This document shows, in pieces, positions 31,339 through 44,953 of a stretch of 64,000 bases of DNA. Each line of letters starts with the position of its first letter. The first letter of the stretch is position 1. The translations under genes and the position numbers were made by a program. The stretch comes from Prorocentrum cordatum (lineage: Eukaryota), in NCBI GenBank assembly GCA_963575745.1, contig CAUYUJ010000015.1:372001-436000 (forward strand), given 5' to 3'. The notes under the pieces are model-generated. The model saw only the letters and a list, made by a program, of their open reading frames with translations, searched no databases and was not told the DNA's origin.

Positions 31339-33212
31339 TTTTTCCCAACGATCCTGTGGTGTTGGGTCCTCGTTTTGAAGAGACAGTACCCCACGTTCCT
31401 CTCTTCTCCTTTCCCCTCTCCTCCTCCCCATCCTCCCTCCTCCAATCCCTGCTTCTGCTTTCCGCATGTCCACCAACTTCGGCACACCCCTCTCGCGTTT
31501 CGTGGTCCCATAGGGAGGTCCACAGAAGGCCCCACGACACACCCCTCAAATGTTTCGTGGTTCCATAGGGAGTTCCACCCAAGGCCCCAGTGGCACCGTC
31601 CACATGCGCCCGCCACATTTATTTCGGCACACCCCTCACTCGTTTCGTAAGGAACTCCACCGAAAGCCCCAGTGGTACCGTCCACATGCGCCCGCCACAT
31701 TTATTTCGGCACACCCCTCCGGCGCTTCGTGGCCCCATAGGGAGCTCCTCCGAAGGCCCCAGTGGCACCGTCCAAATGCGTCTGCCACACCAATTCCGGC
31801 ACACCCCTGACACGCTTCGGGGCCCCATAGGGAGCTCCACCCAAGGCCCCAGTGGCACCGTCCACATGCGTCTGCCACCCCAATTCCGGCACACCCCTGA
31901 CACGTTTCGTGGCCCCATTGGGAGCTCAACCCAAGGCCCCAGTGGCACCGTCCACATGCGTCCGCCACATTTATTTCGGCACACCCCTCACGCGCTTCGT
32001 GGCCCCATGGGGAGCTCCCCTCCCACGTTTTGTCACTCCATAGGGAGCTCCACCCAAGGCCCCAGTGGCACCGTCCACATGCGTCCGCCACACTTATTTC
32101 GGCACACACACACACCTCACACGTTTCGTGACCCCATAGGGAGCTCCACCCAAGGCCCCAGTGGCACCGTCCACATGCGTCCGCCACATTTATTTCGGCA
32201 CACCCCTCCGGCGCTTCGTGGCCCCATAGGGAGCTCCCCTCCCACGTTTTGTGGATCCATAGGGAGCTCCACCGAAGGCCCTAGTGGCACCGTCCACATG
32301 CGTCCGCCACATCCATTCGGCCCTTCACGCGCTTCGTGGCCCCATAGGGAGCTCCACCCAAGGCCCCAGTGGCACCGTCCACATGCGTCCGCCACACGCA
32401 TTTCGGCACACCCCTCACACGTTTCGTGGCCCCATAGGGAGCTCCTCCCAAGGCCCCAGTGGCACCGTCCACATGCATCCGCGACACCCATGTCGGCACA
32501 CCCCTCACACGTTTCGCGAACCCATAAAGAGATCCACCGAAGGCCCCAGCGGCACCGTCCACATGCGTCCACCACACCCATGTCAGGACACCTCTCACAC
32601 GTTTCGTGGCCCCATGGGGAGCTCCACCCAAGGCCCCAATGGCACCGTCCCCATGCGTCCGCCACACCAAGTCCGGCACACCCCTGAGACGTTTCGTGGC
32701 CCCATAGGGAGCTCCACCCAAGGCCCCAGTGGCACCGTCCACATGCGTCCGCAAGACACATACTTCGGCACACCCCTCACACGTTTCGTGGCCCCACAAA
32801 GAGATCCACTGAAGGCCCCGATGGTACCGTCCACATGCGTCTGCCACACCAGTCCCGGCACACCCCTCACACGTTTCGTGGCCCCATTGGAATTCCACCA
32901 AAGGCCCCAGCGGCACCGTCCACATTCGTCCGCCACATTTATTTCTGCACACCCCTCACACTCTGCGTGGCCCAATGGGGAGCCCACCTCACACGCTCCG
33001 TGGCTCCATAGGGAGCTCCACCCAAGGCCCCAGTGGCACCGTCCACATGCGTCCGCCGCACCCATGTTGGCACACCCCTCATGAGTTTTGTGGCCCCACA
33101 GAGAGCTCCACCCAAGGCCCCAGTGGCACCGTCCACATGCGTCCGCCACACCCATTTCGGCACACCCCTCACACGTTTCGTGGCCCCACAGGGAGTTCCA
33201 CCCAAGGCCCCA
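31339..33212 (-). repeat. 90-bp satellite array (~19 units) with conserved hairpin terminus
   Basis: Period 90 (31741, 31831, 31921); terminus tttttcccaacgatcctgtggtgttggg. Confidence 0.9.
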
Positions 33213-33223
33213 GGGAGGAAGGT

Positions 33224-33613
33224 GGGGTCAGGGTGTGGGTCAGGGTTAGGCTCCAGGGTGTACGAATAGGGTTCGGGTGAGGGTTAGGGTAGGGTTAGGT
33301 GTTAGGGTTAAAAGGTTAAGAGCGTTTAGGGCTTAGGGCCATTAGCCTCTATTTGAAGCCCGTTGGACGTATCCCACCCACCCATGACCCGTTACATACA
33401 GAACTCAACGCGTCGAGGACGCCAGTGCGATGCGTCACGCGCACTACTCACGCAGCGCATCAACCCGATGCAGCGGCGATGCGGCATGGGATCGAAGCGA
33501 CCGGTGGGTAGCTCCCCACAGCAGGTTGCCGTATCCACTTGGGCCCTGGGCGGGCTGCTCGCGCAACCCTGGCAGAGCGCTGCCCCCTGGTCCACGCCGC
33601 CATGTCTCGCAGG
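33224..33613. repeat. Degenerate TTAGGG tract plus ~290-bp unique module, copy 1
   Basis: gggttagg repeats followed by tagcctctatttgaagcccg..cagaactcaacgcgtcgag. Confidence 0.8.
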
Positions 33614-33962
33614 GGATTCGGGCCGCATGCATGGGAAACCGCATTTCCTCCCAAAATCCAAAATGGGGCTCTTGTTTGTGTTGGACACCCCGCGCAAGAA
33701 CAGGATGGAAGGAAGGAACACCTTTGTTCCTTTCATTCACACACTAACACACTGACATCATCATTGCATCATCAACACAGCATCATTTACGCACTCTTTC
33801 ACATTTACTCGACCACTTTCATGCATTTTCTTTTGACACCCCGCGCAGTCTTGTCACCTCACCCCCTCTCCTGTTCCTCACTTCGCGCGCTCAAGCACTC
33901 GCCCACCGTCATCATCATAACACCTTCAGCTTATTTCCCCTTCGTACACTCACTCAGTGCCT

Positions 33963-33984
33963 TCATCATCATTTCAATCATCAC

Positions 33985-34074
<90 letters not shown>

Positions 34075-34089
34075 TCACATCATCATGAT
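33963..34089. repeat. (CAT)n microsatellite
   Basis: Read directly from the sequence. Confidence 0.95.
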
Positions 34090-34109
34090 CAGCTCTCGCG
34101 TTTGGATCG

Positions 34110-34960
34110 TCTCGGGCGGGAGCCTCGTCTGTGAGCGAATTGCGGGAGCCTCGTTTGTGAGTGAATTGCGAAGAAGTTCCAAGCGGGACCCCCCACCCTA
34201 TGGGGCCCACAGATTATGTGTATATATGTGTACGTTATAACTAAATACATTAATAGACAACAAAAAACAGCAAAAAAATGTGTCATCGGTTTCATGTAAG
34301 TGTCGTTGTTTGGGGCTCCTGGGGCTTGAATATGGAGGAGGTATCAGGCGGAGCCTCGTCTGTGAGTGAATTGCGAGGAAGTCTCAGGTGGGAGCCCCCT
34401 CCTTATGAGGCCCGCAAGTCGTGCTTTTAATCCGAGCGGTTCATCGGCCTCTTGTAATTGTCGTCACTTGGGGGCTCCTGAGGCTTGAATATGGAGGAAG
34501 TATCAGGCGGGACTGTGAGTAATTGCGAGGAAGTCAAAACGAGCGGGCCATCGGCCTCGTGTAACTGTTGTCACTTTTGGTTTGCTGAGGGCGCGGAAGT
34601 CTTTGGCGGGAGCTCTATACTTATGACGCCCGCAGCTTCTGTTTTTGATCCGAGGCGGGTCATCGGCCTCTTGTAACTGTCGCCACTTGCGGGCTCCTGA
34701 GGCCTGAATATGGAGGAAGTATCAAGCGGGAGATTCGTTTTCGAGTGATTTGCGAGGAAGTCTCAGGCGGGAGCCCCCTTCCCCATGGGGCCCGCACTTC
34801 ATGTTCGAATCCAAAGCGGGCCATCGGCCTCCTGTAACTGTCGTCACACGCGGGCTCTCGAGGCCAGAATATGGAGGAAGTATAAAGCGGAGCCTCGTCT
34901 GTGATTGAATCGCGAGCAAGTCTCAGGCGGGAACCCCCTCCCTATGGGGCCCGCACCTCA
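34110..34960. repeat. Degenerate ~160-220-bp tandem repeat
   Basis: gaatatggaggaagtatcaggcgg..aattgcgaggaagtc at ~34328, 34487, 34706 and 34867. Confidence 0.8.
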
Positions 34961-35064
34961 CGTGCTTTCTCCGGGTCGTCTGGCGCGCGCTTTTTCTGGG
35001 TCGTCCTCCGGCGCGTGGCCGCTGGGATGCACGTCGTGCGTTTCCTCTAGGTCGTGTTCCGCAC

Positions 35065-35695
35065 GAGGAGGAAGAAAAGGAGGAGGACGAGGAGGAGGAC
35101 GAGGATGAGGACGAAGACGAGGAGGAGGACGAGGAGGAGAACGAGGATGCAGGACGAGAAAAAAAAGGAAGATGAGGAGGAGGCAGAGGGAGAACAGGAC
35201 GATGAAGAGGAGGAGGAGGAGGAGGAGAAGAAGGACGAGGACGAGGAGGAGGAGGAGGAGGAAAAGGAGGAATGCCCAAGAGGCTCTAAGAGGTCCCGGG
35301 AGGCCCTTGACATGGAGGAACAGGAGGAGGAGGACGAGGAGGACGAGGAGGAGGAGGAGGAGGAAGGGGAGAAGGGGGAGGAGGGGGAGGAAGATGGAGA
35401 CGAGGAGGAGCCGAAGGAGGGAGAAGGATAGGAGGAGGAGGGGAGGGGAGGAGGAGAAGGAGGAGGAGGAGGACGAGGAGGGAGGAGGAGGGGGAGGACG
35501 AGGAGGAGGACGAGGAGGAGAGGAGGACAGGAGGAGAAGCAAGAGGAGGAGGAGGAGGAGGAGGAGGAGGAGGAGGAGAGGAGGAGGAGGAGGGGGAGGA
35601 GGAGGAGGAGGAGGAGGAGGAGGAGGAGGACGAGGAGGAGGAGGAGGAGGAAGAGAAGGCGGAGGAGGAGGAGGAGGAAGAAGAAGAAGAAGAGG
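35065..35695. repeat. (GGA)n-rich low-complexity tract
   Basis: Read directly from the sequence. Confidence 0.9.
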
Positions 35696-35711
35696 GTTGG
35701 TTGGGGCCTAC

Positions 35712-36632
35712 GGTTTCGGGTCAGGGTTGGGGTAAGGGCTGGGGCAGAGCAGCGGCTAGGGTTAGGGCTTGGGTTTTGGATTAGGGTTCAGGGCTTAGGT
35801 TTAGGATATAGGGTTGAAGGCTTAGGTTTAGGGGTTAGGGCAAGGGTTAGGGTAAGGGGGTTAGGGTTTGGGCTAGTGGGTTAGGTCTTAGGGTTAGGAG
35901 TTAGGATTCGGATTTAAGCTTTGGAGGGCTAGGGTTAGGGTGTTAGAGTTAGCGCGCGGGCGGGCGCGCGGCGGGGCGGGCGGGCGGCGCCGCGCGGCGG
36001 GCGGGCGGGCGGGCGGCGGGCGCGCGGGCGGGCGGACGCGCGGATGCGCGGGCGGCCGGCGGGCGGGCGCGCGGGCGCGCGGGCTGGTGGTTAGGATGAA
36101 GGGTTAGGGTTTAGTGCTTAGGGCCGCTAGCCTCTATTCGAAGCCCGCTGGACGTACCCCCCCCCACCCATGACCCATTACATACAGAACTCAACGCGTC
36201 GAGAACGTCAGTGCGATGCGTCGTGCGCAGTACTTACGCAGCGCCTCAACCCGACGCAGCGGCGACGCGGCGTGGGATCGAAGCGACCAGCGGGTAGTTC
36301 CCCGCAGCAGGTTGCCGACGCACGTTGCGACGTGCTGCGCAGCTTCGCGCGTTGCTGGGGGGCCATGGGGGGAGTTCGCCCCCCGCCTCTCTTGCGTCCG
36401 TATCCATGTGAACTCTGGGCGTCCTCCTCCTCCTCCTCCTCCTCCTCCTCCTCCTCCTCCTCCTCCTCCTCTCCTCCCTCCTCTCTCCTCTCCTCCTCCT
36501 CCTCCTCCTCCTCCTCCTCCTCCTCCTCCTCCTCCTCCTCCTCCTCCTCCTCCTCCTCCTCCTCCTCCTGCTTGCGCAACCCTGGCAGCGCGTTGCGCGT
36601 GGCCCCTCGGCCCGCGCCGCCATGCCTCGCGG
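35712..36632. repeat. Degenerate TTAGGG tract plus unique module, copy 2 (with GGGC and TCC expansions)
   Basis: 36105-36316 matches 33321-33530; 36575-36632 matches 33562-33613. Confidence 0.8.
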
Positions 36633-37399
36633 GCGCCCGGCGACTCTTCGGGGCGGCCGACCCCGCCGGCGGCGCGGCGGAGGCGGCGGACGAGCGAGGG
36701 CGGCCCCACCGTCGGGCGAGTCGGGCCCGCGGAGCACGCGCGCATCGCGGAGGCGGCGCGGGGCGGCGAAGCGGTGCGCCATCTGATCAGGCGTTCGGGC
36801 CGCGCGCGCGGGGAACTTTTCCCGGGCGAGGGGCCCTGGCCGCGCGGGCGCAACGTCGAAATTCCATGAGGGGGGGGAGTGGGGGGCGCCGAAGAGGCGG
36901 CGCGAGGGGCGTCCGCATTGGGTCTTGGGGTCTCAGGTTTCTACCGCCACAGGCTTGGAGTCCTCAGTAGTTCTCAAGCATGCAGGGCGCGGGGGGTGAT
37001 TTTTTGCCGGGGGGTGGAGAAGGGGGGGGGGGGCGCGCAGGGGGGGGCGTGGAGGCGGCGAGGCGGGGGGGGGCGAGGGAGAGGGGGTGGGTGGGACGGG
37101 CGGGGGGGATGGGCGAGGGAGCGGGGGGGGGGAGAGGGGGGCAGAGGGGGGGGAGGAGAGGAATCGGAAGCAGGGGGGGGGGGGGGGGGGCGGGGAGGGC
37201 AGCGAGGGGAGGGGGTCGCCAAAGGAGGAGCAGAGTTGAGTCGCGTTTTTTTGTAGGGGCCTGCAGGCGCTGCCAAGGGGCGAGTCTAGTAGAACTTCAT
37301 AGTTTCGATGTCCCTGACCTTGCTCACGGCGCGAGCGCAGCGCAGCAGCGCGTTTCCGCCTCCGGCGATGCCGCGAGGCGGCTAGAATAGTGCAGCTGC

Positions 37400-37810
37400 G
37401 TTGCAATCGATTGCCATCCGGTGAATTGCAAGCGACTTGATTGCAATCGATTGGAGTTGCAATCGATTGGGTTGCAATCGGTTGGGCCGCAATCGATTCG
37501 ATTACAATCGATTGGATTGCAGGGGAGGGGCAGGACGGCAGGAGGGGAGGGGGGGAGCCGGAGGGGAGGGAACGAAGGGCGGGGGGGAGGGGCGGGAGGG
37601 GAGGGCGCGGAGGGAGGGGGGGGGGGCCTTGGAATTGACTGTAACCGATTGCATTGCAATTGATTGAAATGCATTCGATTGCATCGTAATCAATCGATTG
37701 GACTGCAATCGATTGGATTGGAACCCAATCTCTCGATCGTCGATCCTTGACCGTCGATCTTTGATCGTCGATCGCCCGTCCTCGATCGTCGATCGTTGAT
37801 TTTGGATCGT
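37400..37810. repeat. GCAATCGATT / TCGATCG short palindromic repeats
   Basis: 10-bp periodic units read directly. Confidence 0.8.
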
Positions 37811-39099
37811 CGGCGAAAGGGAGGGCGGCAGAACTATTCCACAGATGGCCCCGCCCGACGGGGGGCGCTGGGCCGGGGCGGGAACGGGCATCTGGAAATA
37901 GAAACGCAGCCGCAGTTTGCGCCCCCAGCCGCACAATCACTCACATCAAATTTCATTGTTTTCTCGGAGGGGGCTGCCACCGGCTTAGCCGGCAGCGCCC
38001 CCGCACCGAATGCGTGGAAACCCATGGGGGTCGAAGAAGAGCGCGTTGCAGCGCCGACTCAGTCGGCGCTTCTGCGGCCCCTCCTATCACTCCCGCGCCG
38101 CCGGCGGGCAATGCGCTAGCTGCGGCCTTTGATCGCCGCCCCCCTCCGTGCTCGCGCGCCCGGGCTGCTTCCGCGGCGCTGTAGCCCGCCAGGTCTGCGG
38201 CCGATGCCGGCGGAGCGGGGGGCGCGATGCTGGGTCCAGGCAAGCCTCAGCATCATATATTGAACCATGGCATCGGACGCCTTGGGCACATCAAGGACAG
38301 AAAGGACAGTGGGCGGAGCGCCAGACATGTAGCGGGCGCACGACTCAGAGCAAATATTATTAGGGCCAACATCAAGGCCAATGGAACACCAGGCGCCACC
38401 ATGATGACAACGAAATTTGTTACAATTACGCGTGCAATGTTAATGAGAGGACATGGCAGCGTTGGTCTGCCGAGGAATAACAGGACTACCACGGTCGCTA
38501 TCGCGCTTGTCGAAGAATTGCTGCCGGCGCGGACTCAGTCGGAGCAGCGCTGCGTGATCAAGAAGGACGGGGCAAAGTGCCCGCGCGTGAACTTGGACGT
38601 TTACTTTTGAAGCCAGGAGGTTTACTTGCGGGATATGTCCGTCCGTTTCGATTTACCCCCTATAGGGGGGGGGTCTGACGGCTGCATCGGCATCCCTTCC
38701 TTTGGCGCTGTAAAATTCCTGGGGCCTGGCGGTTGGGGGGGTCAAAGGTCTCTGGGGGGGGCGGGGGGCCCGTGGATCTCCCGGGGGCGGGTTCAAACGC
38801 TGGGCCGACACATCCCGCCGCCGGGGGAGTTGTAATTATTCTTGCCCTGCTCGCCCTGCGCCGCCGCCTCCGCGACTGTTTAAGCATCTGGGGCGGATGG
38901 CGCCGATCGCGGGCGCCGCGGGCCTTTCGGCGCGAGAGGTAATGGCGCGTGGGCCGTCGCCGGCGTCGTCGTCGCCCCTCCTCCATTCTTCTCTTGTTCT
39001 CTTGCATTCACTTATTCACAGCGTGACGGATCATAGAAAGCAAATCCTGTCAGAGATGATACCGGAGAAAACCCTCATTCTCATCTTTTTAGGGCTACG

Positions 39100-39440
39100 T
39101 GGCTATAAGGTTATATTACCATAGGTCTATATGGCTATAGGACTAGAGCTATAGGCATGTAGAGCTATAGGGCTCTAGGGTTGTGAGGCTATATGGCTAT
39201 ATGGCTATCGGACTATAGGGCTATTAGGGCTATCGGGCCACATGGCTATAGGGCTATAGGGTTATAGGGCAAGGCTATAGGGCTGTAGGACTATAGGGCC
39301 ACCGGGCACCCAGGCACCTGGGCACCCGGGCACCCGGGCACCCGGGCACCCGGGCACCCGGGCACCCGGGCACCGGGACACCCGGGCACCCGGGCACCCG
39401 GGCGCACCCGGGCACCGCGGCGCTCGGGCACCCGGGCGCG
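39100..39440. repeat. GGGCTATA then CCCGGGCA 8-bp tandem arrays
   Basis: Read directly from the sequence. Confidence 0.9.
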
Positions 39441-39659
39441 AACCCGAAATCGGCGCCACACTTCGCCGAACCATATAAATCCGCTAGGGCCCCTACGGAG
39501 GCAAGCACTGATTGGGGGCCTATCATGAGCGATGAGACCGGTGCGTTGGTTTAATCGTATCACCCCACTTGTGCCAGACACCGCATCTTCTGGCGAGTCA
39601 CTTCATCACCATCATCATCGGCATCACCATCATCATCACCACCAGCATCATCACCATCA

Positions 39660-39681
39660 TTCGTAGCCATGTTGGCTCAAG
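39660..39681 (+). other. Dinoflagellate spliced-leader (DinoSL) relic
   Basis: TTCGTAGCCATGTTGGCTCAAG versus DCCGTAGCCATTTTGGCTCAAG, 20/22. Confidence 0.85.
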
Positions 39682-41089
39682 CTGTTTCTCCAGATCTCTC
39701 GCAAGCGCCCGCGCGCACTGGTCGGCGGCGCGCGACTGGGAGACTGGCGACGGGGGGCCGCCCGCCGGCGCGATGGCTGGGCGGCCCATCAGGCGGGGCA
39801 GCGCGCTGCGCAGGAAGGAGGAGGCCGAGGTGGGCGCCTCGGCGGCTCGATCGCAGACGGGCGCGGGCACGGCGCCTCCTCACGGCCGAGTCGGCGGTCG
39901 GCAAGGCGGCCAGTGGCGGCCCAGGCTCCCGGCAGGACCAGGAGGCCGCTGCGCGCCCCGCCTCGCGCCTAGCCGCCACGGGGCGCCGCGTCCGAGGCGC
40001 AGTGCGGCGGCGGGGTGCCGCGCGGCACGCGCTGCTGGCCCGCGCCGGCGTCTCCGCGCGCGCGTCCGCAGCGGGCAGCTCGCGGACCGCTGCAGGCCCC
40101 TGCCCTGGCCGGCCGCCCTCGCCCCCAGGGGCGGCCGCGGCGCCCGACGGCGGCCAAGGGCCGCGCCGGTTGACGCCCTGCGGCGGCGGAGGCGCCCTCC
40201 AGCATTCGTCCGACGAGGACGCGGCGGCGCAGGCCGACGTCGCGGGCGGCGGCATCGGGAGGCGACGCGCCCAGCGCCACCGGCGGCGAGACGATGGTCG
40301 GGGACGACGTGACGGCGCGAGCCGACGCGGAGATCGTAGAGGCGCCCGAAAAGCACGCCCGCGCCGACGATGAGCTCGAGGAGGCGCCTGGAGAGCATTG
40401 CCAGGCTCTCGGCGCCGCGGACAGCCTCGGGATGGGCGGCGACGCCGCCCCCTCGGCCCCAGATTACCTGGGCTTCAGTTTCGGTTCCGACGATCGGCCC
40501 GAGCACGAGGGCGAGTCTCAGCTCGACTGCGCCATGCCGTGTCGTACAAGCGCCTGGACTACTGCCACAACGTCTCCAACGATGGCGATGGCAGCGACGG
40601 CGGCTTCCCATCTGCGAGCGAACTCCTGAAGGCGGCGGCAGCCTCGCGGATGGCCGTCGCAGCCGCCAGCATCCTCTTCGGCGCCTCATTCGAGGAGAGC
40701 GCGTTTCACGGGCGCTTGCCTTGGGAAGATTCGGCGGCGCGTTTCGAACCGGGGGGGAAAGGGCCCCCCGACGCTCGGCGCCGCCGATCAGAACCAGGAG
40801 CGCCCCCCCCCTCCCCCCAAACTCCACCCCCCTCCCCAAACCACCACCCCCCTTCCCAGGGAGGGGGGTTTGAACCCCCCCCCTCCTCCCCCCTGGCGCC
40901 GGCGCCTGCGGCAGACGCAGCCGCGATGACCAGAGAGAGCAAAGGGGAGGGGCGGGGGGGCCCACAGCCCCCCCCTCCCCTGGCGCCGGCGCCCGCGCTG
41001 GCGACGGCCAGCAGCGCCGACGGCGGGAACGCGGCGGCGATGACCAGAGAGGGTCCCGAGGCCGCAGAGGGGAAACACAAATTGCCATA

Positions 41090-42525
41090 TCCACCATCAC
41101 AACAACGACCACCGCCACTACCAAGCACCACACCACCACCAACCACCACCAACCGCCACAACCACACCACCAACCACCACCAACAACCACCACCAACCAC
41201 CACGACCACCACCACAACAACAAACCACCACACCACCGCCGCACCCACTACAACCACCGCGACCACAACCCACCATCACCACCACCACAAACCACCACAC
41301 CACCACCACCACCACAACCACCACCACCACCATCACCAACCCACCACCATCACCACCAACACCACCACCACCGCCACCACCACCACCGCCGCCACAACCC
41401 ACCATTACCGCCACCACAAACCACCACACCGCCACCACAACCACCACCACCACCATCACCACCAAGCACCACCACCACCACAAACACCACAGCCCACCAC
41501 CATCACAAACCCCCACACCACCACCACAACCACCGGCACCACCACTACCACCACCGCCACCACAACCCACCACCACCACCACAAACCACCACACCACCAC
41601 CACCACTACAGCCACCACCACCACCACAACAACAACCCACCACCACCGCACCCTCAACAACCCACCGCCACCACCACCACAACCGACCACGACACCACCA
41701 CCACCGCCACTTCCACCACCACCACCGCCACTACCACCACCACCACCACAAACCACCACACCACCCCCACCACAAACCACCACACAACCACCACCACCAC
41801 CACCACCGCAAACCACCACACCACTACCACCACCACCTCCACCACCGCCTCATCCACCACGTCACCACCACCACCGCCACAAGCCACCACAACCCTCAAC
41901 ATACCACAACCATCACGACCACCACCACCACAAACCACCACATCTTCCACCACCACCACCACCACCATCACCGCCACCACCACCACAAACCACCACACCA
42001 CCACCAACCACCACCACCACAACCACCACCAACACCAGCACCACCTCCACAACCCACCGCCACCACCACCGCCACGACCACCACAAACCACCACACCACA
42101 ACCCACCACCACCACCGCCACCACCACCACAGCCACAAACCACCACCACCACCACCACAAAACAACACACTACCACCACCACCACCCCACCACCCACCAC
42201 CACCACAACACACCACCACGCCACCACCACAACCACCACCGCCACCACCACCACCACCACCACCACAACCCACCACCACCACAACCACGTCCACCACCAC
42301 AACGACCAGGACAAACCAGCACACCACCTCCGCCACCACCACCCCCACCACCGCCACAATCACCACGTCACCACCACCACCACCAGAAACCACCACACGA
42401 CCACCACCGTCACCACCACCACAAACTGCCACCACAAACCACCACCACAACCAGCACTACCACCAACCACCACACCACCACCACCGCCACAACCACCACC
42501 ACCACCACAGCCCACCACCACGACC
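41090..42525. repeat. Degenerate (ACC)n tract, ~1.4 kb
   Basis: Read directly from the sequence. Confidence 0.95.
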
Positions 42526-43589
42526 ACCTCAGAGAGGCCCCAAGAGACTCCCAAAAGGCGCCCAGGAGGCTTCACAAACGCACTTCAGTGGCCCCCGAGA
42601 AAACCAAGGCACGGAGGTGGAGCGTCGTCGTCGTCGCCGCCGTCTTCGTCGACGCTCCACGCCGCCGCCGCCAGCCGCCGCAGGCGCTGGCGCCCTCCCA
42701 GAAAAGCAACTCGCCCTCTTCATCGGCGCTCCCCGCCGCCGCAACCAGCCGCTGGCGACGCGCGCTGGCGCCGGCCCGAGGAGAGGGAGAGAGGAGTAGG
42801 GGAGGAGGAAAGTTCGACCCCCACCCCCTTCATTCCAGGGGGGGATAGGGTTCTACCCCCCCCCCCTCCAAGCGCCCACAGAACGCGCTCTTTCCATTCG
42901 AGGCACCCCAGTCTTTCAGGATTACGCAGACGCGGCTCGGGACTTGTTGTCCGACGAGTGCGGCGTTTCAACTGATGGTTTCCAGGTCAGACCGGCCTGA
43001 GCTTGCGTGTCTTTAGAGGGGGGATGGACATGGATGGACACCGCGGCGTAGGTTATGCCATTTTTGTGGGTCGGCACACGCCAGGTTTCTTCCCTTCGTG
43101 CCCTTCCTGGGCTCCGCTGCGGCTCTCGGCGGCGACCTGCTTCAGGCTGCGTCGCCTTCGAGGGTGGAGGGAAGCCGTGGCGTAGGCTGTGCCCCGCGGA
43201 ACTCGGCACGCGCTTGTGTTCACTCCCTCCTGGCCGATTTGGGGTCGCTGGCGCCAGTCGCGTCTCTTGGCTCTCGCCCAGCGAGCGCGGCGCCCACCTA
43301 ACGCGGTAACCCAGGGTGGAGGGGACCCCGAGGCGTGGGCCGTGCCCACTTCGGGCTCGGCACACGACAGGGGTCGTTCCCTTTTGTTTCTTTTGGATTC
43401 GCTGTCGATTGGCGGCCGCGCGCGCTGCGCGCCACGTACCAGCTCAGACGGCTTCCGACGCACTCTGCTGGCGCTTTGTGTGTAGTCAGGTCTGAGCTGA
43501 GTCGCCGTGATTGTTGCGATGGCGAGACTGCCGCTTGGTTCGGCCGAGACGGTGGGCGCCCCGAAGGCACTCAGGCAAGTCTGCGAGGG

Positions 43590-44110
43590 CGTGGCAGGGT
43601 TCGCATGGCGCCACCGCAACCACGTCGGCCCACCCCTCGCGCGCTTCGTGGCCCCATAGGGAGCTCCTCCGAAGGCCCCAGTGGGAGGGCTCGCATGGTA
43701 CAACTTCGGCCCACCCCTCGCGAGCTTCGTGGCCCCATAGGGAGCTTCGAAGGCTGCAGTGGCACGGTTCGCATGGAGCCACCGCACACGTCGGCACAGC
43801 CCATCAGGCCCCATCACACGGCTCGTGGCCCCCAGGGGCAGTTCCACCGAAGGCCCAGGCTTGAGGGTTCGCATGCCGCCACTTCACCCACGTCGGCACC
43901 CCCCCATCCCACGGTTCGTGGCCCCATGGGGAGCTCCACCGAAGGCCCAGGCGGCAGGGTTCGCATGGCGCCACCGCGCCCACGTCGGCACACCCTTCAT
44001 CCGCTTCTTGGCCCCATGGGGAGATCCACCGAGGCCCAGGCGGCAGGGTTCGCATGGCGCCACCGCATCCATGTCGACATACCCCTCACCCGCTTCGTGG
44101 CCACATCGGG
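43590..44110. repeat. Variant of the 90-bp satellite family
   Basis: cgtggccccatagggagctc..gaaggccc..ggttcgcatgg units. Confidence 0.8.
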
Positions 44111-44743
44111 AACTGCCCCTGTTTCGTCCCACCTGGCTTGCGGCACTCGCACCCTCACGTTGTTGGGTCCTTCACTGGGATATGTGACTCAGGGTCGTGG
44201 CCGCAGGGGGCGCGGATCACAGCTTTCTACAGTGGATTGGCCCCAGGAGCGCGGGCCCATCGAGGATGTGACTCAGGAGTGCTAGCGTTGTGGAAGTCGA
44301 TTAATGGTGAGGAAACATGCAGCCCCAAAAAATCCAGATTTTTTTAATTGCCAAACTTATTCTAAATATGTGAAAACATGTTTGAATCATGTTTAGACAT
44401 GGTTTACATATTTTAACACATGTCTAATTCACTAATAGGATTATTAAAATGTCCATTGTCATGGCATCCACAATGCTAGCGCCGCGGTTTCGGGCCGATG
44501 GTGATCGCGCGTGTAACCAGAAACTGATAATCTCACCTCTTGAGGAAATGAGCAGCTCTGTACTTTGCAAACTGGTGATGGTAAAGCACGGCCTCCAAGT
44601 GTTAAGAATTGTCAAGCTCTTTCGGAGAACGTACATGTTGCGAGCTGCCTGGGTGCACTGATGAGGACTCTGCACCTCAGCTGCCGAAGTCTATGCTTTG
44701 GCAGCGGATTGTATGTTTGTTGTGTTTCGGGGCGATATCTCTC

Positions 44744-44774
<31 letters not shown>

Positions 44775-44953
44775 TTAAGGCCTGTCGAGGGCCTCTGTGT
44801 GGCATGCTGGGTGTTCCCAGGAGCGGTCTGAGAGCCCCATCGGGACATCATGGATATTCCCAGGTGCAGTTTGAGACCTTCCGTGACTTGTGCTCGCAAC
44901 GAGACGGACCCGCACCGGATACCACATTGTTGTACAGCCCAGCTGATCAAAAG

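Noticed and set aside
31480..33212. CRISPR-like array
   Set aside because: The variable parts are degenerate versions of each other rather than unique spacers; no cas genes; eukaryotic context.
33224..36123. True telomere or chromosome fusion point
   Set aside because: The tracts are short, degenerate, in the same orientation and attached to a repeated module.
40398..42848. 816-aa His/Thr/Pro-rich ORF
   Set aside because: Mostly translation of a degenerate (ACC)n tract that lacks stops by composition.
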